Positions 39,301-64,000 of a DNA stretch of 64,000 nt are shown one piece after another. The notes beneath the pieces are model-generated. The model had not been told where the DNA came from, ran no database searches, and saw only the letters and a program-made list of their open reading frames with translations. Each line of letters starts with the position of its first letter. The stretch's first letter is position 1. This DNA comes from Trichoplax adhaerens (taxonomy: Eukaryota; Animalia; Placozoa), in the NCBI RefSeq assembly GCF_000150275.1, contig NW_002060944.1:8580159-8644158 (forward strand), written 5' to 3'. The position numbers and the translations under genes were made by a program.

Positions 39301-40366
39301 ACCATCGATCGTTGCATACCGTAGTAATAGGCTATGCGACTCCTATTACATTACTAAGGTATCGCGTTAGCTTATGCATGTCTATTTCTCATCGCAAGAA
39401 AAGGACTTTCAAAAAGTATCAAGAAGCACAAGTTAAACCCAACCCGTCCAGCGAACAGTAAGTAAGCATACGGTAATGCTACGCAAACCAGCATGCAAGA
39501 TAAAATGTGGCAATTGTAAAACTTTGATGCAAGTACTGAGCAGATTCAGCACTTAGCATAGTCAGAAGATGCTATTTTCCAGACAGAACGAGAAACTGAT
39601 TTGTTTCTTCAACAATAAAATAGAAAGTTCTCTCATTCCTGTTAGACCATTAGGTTACAGTATTGTTCTGGCAGTTCATCGCTTACTCCGTTCGTCGGTA
39701 AAACTATCCTGTCGACCTCAATCTTCAGTTTAGGAAACAGATCTTGGTCAGTAGCATAGATAGAAGATACTATTTTCCAGACAGAATGAGAAATTGATTC
39801 GATTCTTCTACAGTGCACTAGAAAGTTCTCTCATCCCTACTAGACTATTGGGTTAGAATATTGTTCTCGTAGTCCATTGCTTACTCAGCTTCGTCTTTCA
39901 GTTGAACGAACAGATCGTCGTCAGAAGCATAGTCCGAAGACGTTATTTTCCAGGTCCAGAGTCATAGTCCAAAAATTGCTATCATAAGTCACAATAGTCG
40001 GCACAAAACCAACGTTAAGCCATTTACTACCCTAGCCAATTCTATTGTCAACCAGCTTGGAGCTAAGTAGCTATAGCACATCAACTAGCTACAACTAGCT
40101 AAATGATCCAACTATTCGACTTTCAAATTGTCGATGATTGCCACTATTCGTTTGCTTTTAGAAGAGTAACTAAGTGAGAAATAGCAAAGCATTGCAGCTC
40201 GTCCTAACAGTATATCAAACCACAGCAATCAACACGGAACCAAGACCGCTTCTATGGCGGTCCATCCTTGCTTCAACGACAGCTTAATCATTGTAAACTT
40301 ACCTGGTACTTTATTAATCTCAATATCGAAGAAACATCGAACTCTATTGGAAGCTTTCTTAGGCAT
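33370..40366 (-). CDS. PPIG: Peptidyl-prolyl isomerase G / SR-cyclophilin (cyclophilin domain, K-rich segment, RS domain)
   Basis: [21 protein letters not shown]|[24 protein letters not shown]|[34 protein letters not shown]|[12 protein letters not shown]|[18 protein letters not shown]|[10 protein letters not shown]|IHVVFGRV, with His at the CypA W121 position as in the PPIG/NKTR family. RS exon about 34721-35536. The 3' end is uncertain: either read-through to the stop at 34681, or splicing to a small exon 33370-33392 (EQGATDR*) followed by AATAAA near 33300. Confidence 0.88.
39554..39953. repeat. Diverged tandem duplication (~2.2 copies of a 173-198-bp unit) in PPIG intron 1
   Basis: AGCATAG...GAAGA...TATTTTCCAG starts at about 39555, 39753 and 39926. 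The first two copies align over about 135 bp. Confidence 0.85.
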
Positions 40367-40759
40367 TGCTGCTGGCTAAAAGTCGACGATGAGTTCGGGA
40401 TAGCAAGATGGAGGAGTCGAAAGCTAGAATGAAGGAGAAATGCAACTTTCTATCCTTGTCACTAACATCATCGAATTGACGCGTATAGTACAGTATGTGT
40501 CTCGGACACATGTTTGAGATGTATTACAGAGAACGCTAGCATGCTAGGCCAAGTTTCCTTTAGCGAAAGTGACGGACTGTAGAGGTACTGAAGTATGCGA
40601 TAGCGTCTATACTGTAGTCATACTACTGTACAATTCTGTCATATTAACTTGCACTACAGAAGCAGTATGGAATCCGCTACGGAAGGACGGTATCAGGAAC
40701 GCATGCGTCTAGGTTGAGATCCTTTATACTAATAACTTTACTGAAATTGGCGACCTTTT

Positions 40760-40832
40760 GGCCTCGTGGCCTAATGGATAAGGCGCCAGCCTCCGGAGCT
40801 GGAGATTGCGGGTTCGAGTCCCGTCGAGGTCG
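40760..40832 (+). tRNA. trnR-CCG: tRNA-Arg (anticodon CCG), intronless, 73 nt
   Basis: Acceptor stem GGCCTCG/CGAGGTC, A-box TGGCCTAATGG, anticodon arm CCAGC-CTCCGGA-GCTGG, B-box GGTTCGAGTCC. Confidence 0.96.
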
Positions 40833-41300
40833 CTCTGTTATTGTTGCAGAGTACTTCCATACTAGACTAGCATAAGATCTCGTTCAGGAGTGCAAAATTT
40901 ATACTACGGTATCGATGGGTACATTATGGATTTTATTCGACAATTTTTTTGGGGGGTTTGGTAGACGAGCAGTAGCTCCAACATCAAGTTTTCGCCATTT
41001 TGAGGGCTAATCCATCGTTATTTCATACCATTAGTCATCGCAAGTGGTTGTTTCTGAGATAGATTAAGTTTTGTTAGAGCTTTGAAGAGTATTTCAATCA
41101 TTTTAACAATTAGTCCTAGCTACATCGACGAGGAGGTTCCCCTTGCATTGTAGTACTCCAGGAAAGAATCTGCAGCAGCATTGCAGTGCAGTCGTAGAAG
41201 AAGATCAACTTGCTGGAAAGTTCAATTGCAAGGGTAATTTGGCCTTGCTTTCACAATTCTTAAACGCCTAACAAACGCCTTTGAAACAGTAAAAGCCAAG

Positions 41301-43478
41301 ATGAGATTTAAGGCCAAACTTTTGGATATTAACTGCATGCAACAACTAACTCGTAAGTCATGCAATATCTTGTCGTATTTATTATGGATTTCACAGAGAA
41401 GTATACAGTACTCCAATTGAAAGCTAAACAGACGCTTGTTTTAGTAGTGTGTGTACTATATTTATTGGATTGTATTATCTTACTTTTACACTAATAGATG
41501 TGTCCTATTTACTGTGGGTAATATTACTACAGAAATAGTCTGTCTTTGCCATTCTATGTACTGTACTGTACACTTGCACGGTCGTTGATTTACCTTTATG
41601 TTATTATCTGCATCGAGAAAATGATGCAAGCTCTTGACATTCACTAGATCTTCATGGATTAATGAATGATGACAATCAATAACTACTCCCAATACTGTAA
41701 TGGAATGAAATGTACTTTTTTTCTCCTATTTTGATAGGTGTTGGCGCGAGTATGTCACGAATGACCAAAAACTGTGTGCTATGCCTTGCTCCCAAGAAAG
41801 TTGTCTTTGTAAGCAATGAAAGAATTTCCGAAGGTGGCACTAGAATATGGTGTGAAATACAGCAGGTTAGAACGCTTGTCGATGATACTGTAACTCCACT
41901 GTTGATACTAACCAAATAGTCGTCACACTTGAAGAAAATTGCTTCAGTTTTACGCATCGGAAAAGTTTAGTATACAACATGTACTTGCATCATGCTACTG
42001 TAATCAATAAAAGGATATGAGATTGATCTACCAACAATTTTCTTAGGAAACATTATTTGATGACTATCGCATTGAAGGGAAAGATAATAGCAATCGTATC
42101 TTCTTGGAACTCATTACAGACAACTTTGCTAGAGCATTAAAATCGATCCAATTTGGCGTAGTTTCAGTTAAAATACGGTTAACCAAAAAGTATACGCCTT
42201 GCCTAACAATAGAAATTGTAACTGTAAGTTCTACATTAGCACTTTTCGATCTAAAGTGCGTTGCTAAATATCAAATTTGTGCTTGTATAGTTCGTCATTC
42301 GATAGCCTCTGATTGTTGTACAGTACCTAGCTGGCTATTAGAGATGTTTCTACCTGACACTAATTGTCATCGTTTTGATCCAGTTACATGATTAGTGATA
42401 CTTTTAATATAGCATAATTGGACTAATATGGTATGCATATATTATTAGTACAGTATTCAGTAAACGAATGATGGATTTATACGAACAAAACACGTTTCCA
42501 AAATTACACTTAGGATAGTAGCTCTTATTCCATTTATTATAGGCTTACGGAAATTCAAACAGAATAATAACACACGATGTACCTGTTGTCATTGTTCCAC
42601 AACGGGACTGGTACGAATATGAAGAACCCGATATGCCCCAATTTGATGTAAGCTGCAAGATAGATTAAGAATTTAACAACTGCTTTATCATAATAGTCAA
42701 TAATTTCGATATCGATAGTGTACCAAATAAAAAGAATATTGCTATTTTTACTATGGAATTTAGGTTAGCATTTACATGCCACAAATGAAAGTATTAAAAC
42801 AAGTGATTGATAGAATGAAGAACTTGAGCGAACACCTGGTATTGTACAACATGGATACTTATAGTTGATGCTATTTTGAATTCTTTTATAATAATATTGA
42901 TAGAACAAGGGCTATTTTATGTTCGCTATATTGATAAATTTAATTGACTGCTAGTAATTTCTTGCTTTATAAATTATATCAAGGTAATTACTGCTGATCA
43001 AAAAGGCAACATGACTTTGAAAACTCAAAATGACATTGTCACGGTAGAAACGCATTTTAAGGATCTCGGTAATCCCGTTTGGGGTAAGTTGCTAAATGTA
43101 TTTCATAGAAAAGCTATACCCACATCACATTACTAGATCTATGCCATTGATAACATGAAATTATCCCCATGACATTCTTTAGCTAACGATGCTGCAAACA
43201 ACAGGAAAGAGGCATCGACGCAAATAGGGGCGATGGAAGCCTGTATTTATATTAAGAAACTGGCTCAGCTATTGCAGGGCCAACAGATTAACCCGTCAAA
43301 GATTATTTGCAGTAAGTTATAGACTTTATAAAAAATAACTTTTGATAACTATTAATAGCGTAATAGATTTAATAGATGCAATTGCTTTATCCTAGATCTA
43401 TTGGCAGAAAAAGCTATTCATATTTATTTAGTTAGTGAGGACGTCATTCTCCAATACTACATTCCTGCTGCCATGTAA
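41301..43478 (+). CDS. HUS1: Checkpoint clamp (9-1-1) subunit HUS1, 8 exons
   Basis: MRFKAKLLDINCMQQLTR|..GGTRIWCEIQQ|..LELITDNFARALKS..KIRLTKKYTPCLTI|..RIITHDVPV|..VSIYMPQMK..|..ETHFKDLGNP|..IKKLAQLLQGQQINPSKIIC|..EDVILQYYIPAAM*. Confidence 0.95.
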
Positions 43479-45539
43479 ATATCCGTCTCCGACCAATTTT
43501 CATTTTTTATCCTACCGGATTATATTGTTAAAGAGATTATTAGTTACCCACGGAAGTTATTACTTGTTGTAAATAAGAGATGCAATCAACTTTGCGAATT
43601 ATGTTATATTCTGCTTATTCTTTAACATCATTTCTGATCATTTCTATGTCATTCATTTTGACATTGTCATCGTTAATCTTCGAGTACTTCCGTGGCATGG
43701 AAAAATGTTATGGTGTATATTTAGAATCGCTTGAACTCTTTTGTACTGTAGTACAAGCGAAATAGTAAGTGATCAATGTATATTTGTAATTGTTTTTTAC
43801 CAAAATCACTGTCATACTATTACAGCAACTATTTCTATCAAGCAATAAATATGGCAATTGATATAATTGTATTAGTAATGTGTGTTACATACGCTGTTTG
43901 CTAAATTATGGGCTATATGAGAAGATGCATCATTAATTTACTAGCTACACGTCCTATTCGAGCCATTATCGTACAGTATTTTCAATCTACTGTCATTCCG
44001 ATTACGACAGAGATTTTAATACGTTAAACTTTAGCTAGCCAATATATTTACGCTTAATGATGCGTTTTAACAGCGTATAATGCCTGTGGATATTTATTAC
44101 TATTACAATTAGAAAGTCTAGGTTTAAATGATGAATTACGCATTGGCCAAGCATAACTACTTTTAATTCCGAATATGATAATCTCGATTTTCTCCTATCT
44201 TTTCGCCACTCTATCGCTTTCATCAATATGTTTATAAATGCCTTTTAGTCACTGTCTTCAAATTTACTTCTATACTACTCCTTATGATAGAAATCTATTT
44301 ATTAATACTGTATAAACATTTAATCTCTTATTTACGACTGCGATAACCAGTTCCGTGTTTATCTTCCGCTATATCTAGCCTAAATCAATGGCTTTCCTAC
44401 TTTCGTTGTCAATGAAATTACCCCCTTTCCCACACAAAAAAAAGAATTTTGTGTTAATTTCGTATTCCACATACGCGTAGTTTATTCCGTTATCCTAATC
44501 AGTCGCTCTTCTTTTCCATTTATCTACTGGCTTGCATTGCTATTTATTGCCTATATTGACGTAGACGAGTATTATCATAATTTATATTAGGCTATTTTCT
44601 ACCATTACACTTTACCCAAATATGAAAATTAGAGGTTGTTATAACGTTATAACCTATTACGTTCTGCAGGTACAATAACAATCCAGTTGGTTGTATAGTT
44701 ACTTTACCTATCCGCAGGCCAATTGTGTAATAAAAGATTTTCGACTAGTGTGTAAAATGAGTTGTCACTCTGTTGACGTCGCGCTCTCTATTTTAATAGT
44801 AGATTGTCTCACATCTCAAGACAAAAAAGAAAACTCTAGGCGTGACAATTTATTTGCACAAACACGAACATACTGTTAGAAACTCAAGTCTACGGTATAG
44901 AAGTTAGAGAAACAATCGCTAATATAGACTATTGTAGCTCACAATTCTATCTAAGAACTATACGCTCATTTCAATAATACTACCGCAACATATGCTGCAA
45001 AGCTATACTGTAATAAGGATCATTTATTATCGTTTGTCTGCCCTACAAGGTAAAGTTCAAACCGACCAACAGCCCGGGGGTGAACACAGTCCACACCTTT
45101 CCCATCATTTTCAATCAATAATAACCCTCATCTATGGTTGGTTATATACTTGCTTCGCTAAGGAAATAATCCAACTTTTAGCCAAGAAGAAGCTGGTAAA
45201 GAAACTTGATCTTGATTTAAATTTCAGCCAGGTATTCTATCCATGATCATTCCTGCTCTTATACGATCGTAACCATCGCTCAACCAACGACGATTGCCTT
45301 TCCATCAAGTTATAGTGGATATGGACGATTATCCTTGCTATTAGAATCGTTGTTAAGATTCAAGTAGAAGCCGATTATTTTCCCCCTTTCGTCCCTTTCA
45401 CCCTTTCTAGTATTGCTATTATCTCTATCAACAATTGATTACTTTAGGCTTCGTAGTCATTTCCAATCAGTGGAATAATATAGACATTGATTGAAATTGA
45501 ATATCGTTTAGTGATCGGTCAACCCAGTGCCTATGCGAT

Positions 45540-62191
<16,652 letters not shown>

Positions 62192-64000
62192 AAAATTAGT
62201 TTAGATATCTAGAATCTATAGGCAGTTTATTGAAGCAATTTAAGTGACTATTTTCTCTTCAATACAAGAACCTCATCTTTCCATGAGGACTTCACAAAAT
62301 GAATAGTGTTTATATATGTATGCATATTTGTGGATTTTGTGGTTGGCCAGAAAAAGGAGAGATATTTTCAAGGGCATCATGGTTAAATAGAAAGAGTTCT
62401 CGACGGTAAAGATATGCCGAAATTTTTTGCAATTCGCTTCTGTTTGTACACTCTCGAGCTAATTATTATAATTATAAATGAATTACTACTATTGAATCTT
62501 TGGTAAAGACACGAATGTTCTAGTAAATGGAAGGGATATCACAACTATTATTGGACAGTGAATATATTATACGCAAAAAATATACGAATATCTATCATTT
62601 CGACCAATGGCAGTTATAAATTCACATTTAAGAACTTTATTCTAATACGTGTAATTGTCGCAACTTCAAGATTGCTGCTAGTTTGGTTGTTAAGAAATTA
62701 ATATACGATAGGACAAAATGGTTTCCTTTATGGGTTGTGTAATCGTAATCTAAATCACATTTGATTATCCGCTGCATATAATTCTAAAACTAATTGGCAA
62801 TCCATGAAATAGAGCAATACTACTGACATTATGATTCACCATTATGTGTATTCTGGTTATTCTGGTTATAAAAGCATCAAACCTGACGAATGAAAACAAA
62901 ATTAGGGTGCAAATTTTGCCTACATCTCAATATTTTAGTAACTCTCTAACATAGCACTGAATACACAACACTTATTAATGCGATATTTCCGATTTAAATG
63001 ACTCTAAGTAAACTACTGTACTGTTGTGTAATCATCATTAGATATTGTTTAAAATAATCAATACTGTTAAATGCTCCAGACCATCTATAAATAGAGCGTG
63101 GTATTAATTATATATGTCTATATGTAATTGACTAAAATAGGAATATCTATCGTTACAGTGACTAGAATTTATAAACGTCCTCTCGAGTATCTTTAGCCAT
63201 CTCATAATTCTTATTGGATGGAAAAATTGTTGGCATAGATAAACGCATAAAATGTTCATGAATTACATGTTATAGTTTTATTTGATACTATTTCTATCAA
63301 AAAATTTTTAATTTGTATGGTGTCAGTTTATTCTCAGTTACTATTTGCATTGCCAATTTCTTAAACTTTAATTATTTAGAAAGATAATAGATTTAATGTA
63401 CAGCTGATTTTTAGTAAACTTTGGTTCGCTTGCATGATAAAACTAAACCAAATATAAGCAGTTATTAAGCTCAGACGATAGTATTTCTTAGATGCTATGG
63501 CTGATTGAGTTTCACTGTAACTAAGTAATTTCTTTTATAGTTGCAGATATGGCTGTATTGAATTATGAAAAATTTGTACGTGGATTTATATATGTTATAT
63601 ATGTGTAAAGCGATTAGTACTGCTCTATACCAGCTAGACAAACAGAAAATACCTCTTCCGCTAAAAATTCACATCTTGATTTAAAAATTAAAATTGATCA
63701 AATGAGCTTTGCCTTCCCTAAATCCACTTTATGATCTTTTCTCAGAGAAATTGTCGTCTTCAGCTTTTAGGTCAAAAACTGTTTACCACACCGTCATAAA
63801 AAAATTGGTATAACCATCTGTGTATATTAAATGCTGATTAAAATGCTGTTGCTATCTAAGTTCTTGCGTTAGTGGATGGACTTTATTAATACCTACTTCG
63901 ATAGTCGTGTCAAATGATCGATACAGCGTACAGTGTTTCAAATATGCACTGTTCATTTGAACATTAATTCTTGCATGACAAACTAATGGATAGCTAAAGA

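Noticed and set aside
44638-44653. 16-bp palindrome GTTATAACGTTATAAC
   Set aside because: AT-rich tandem of an 8-bp palindrome with no supporting context.

Overview
AT-rich, intron-dense animal genomic DNA. The short GT-AG introns and vertebrate-like gene structures suggest an early-branching animal such as a Trichoplax-like placozoan, but the species is my inference. The ORF track mostly shows exon fragments and chance ORFs. Splicing by hand gives six protein genes: RNF32 (+, 306-3008), VPS16 (-, 3891-9143, 24 exons, two U12-type introns), a transmembrane semaphorin with Sema-PSI-FN3-FN3-TM-long tail (-, 14086-28525), the SR-cyclophilin PPIG (-, about 33370-40366), HUS1 (+, 41301-43478) and an AGAP/centaurin-gamma (+, 45540-62191) whose GTPase-like domain lacks the P-loop. 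A tRNA-Arg(CCG) lies between the divergent PPIG and HUS1. The 9.5-11.1 kb intergenic region holds several fold-back/MITE-like elements, including five ~83-bp hairpin units with a compensatory base change. Chains of TA-CWG-TA, the Tc1/mariner-type excision footprint, cluster there and near promoters. An assembly gap spans 58888-59141.
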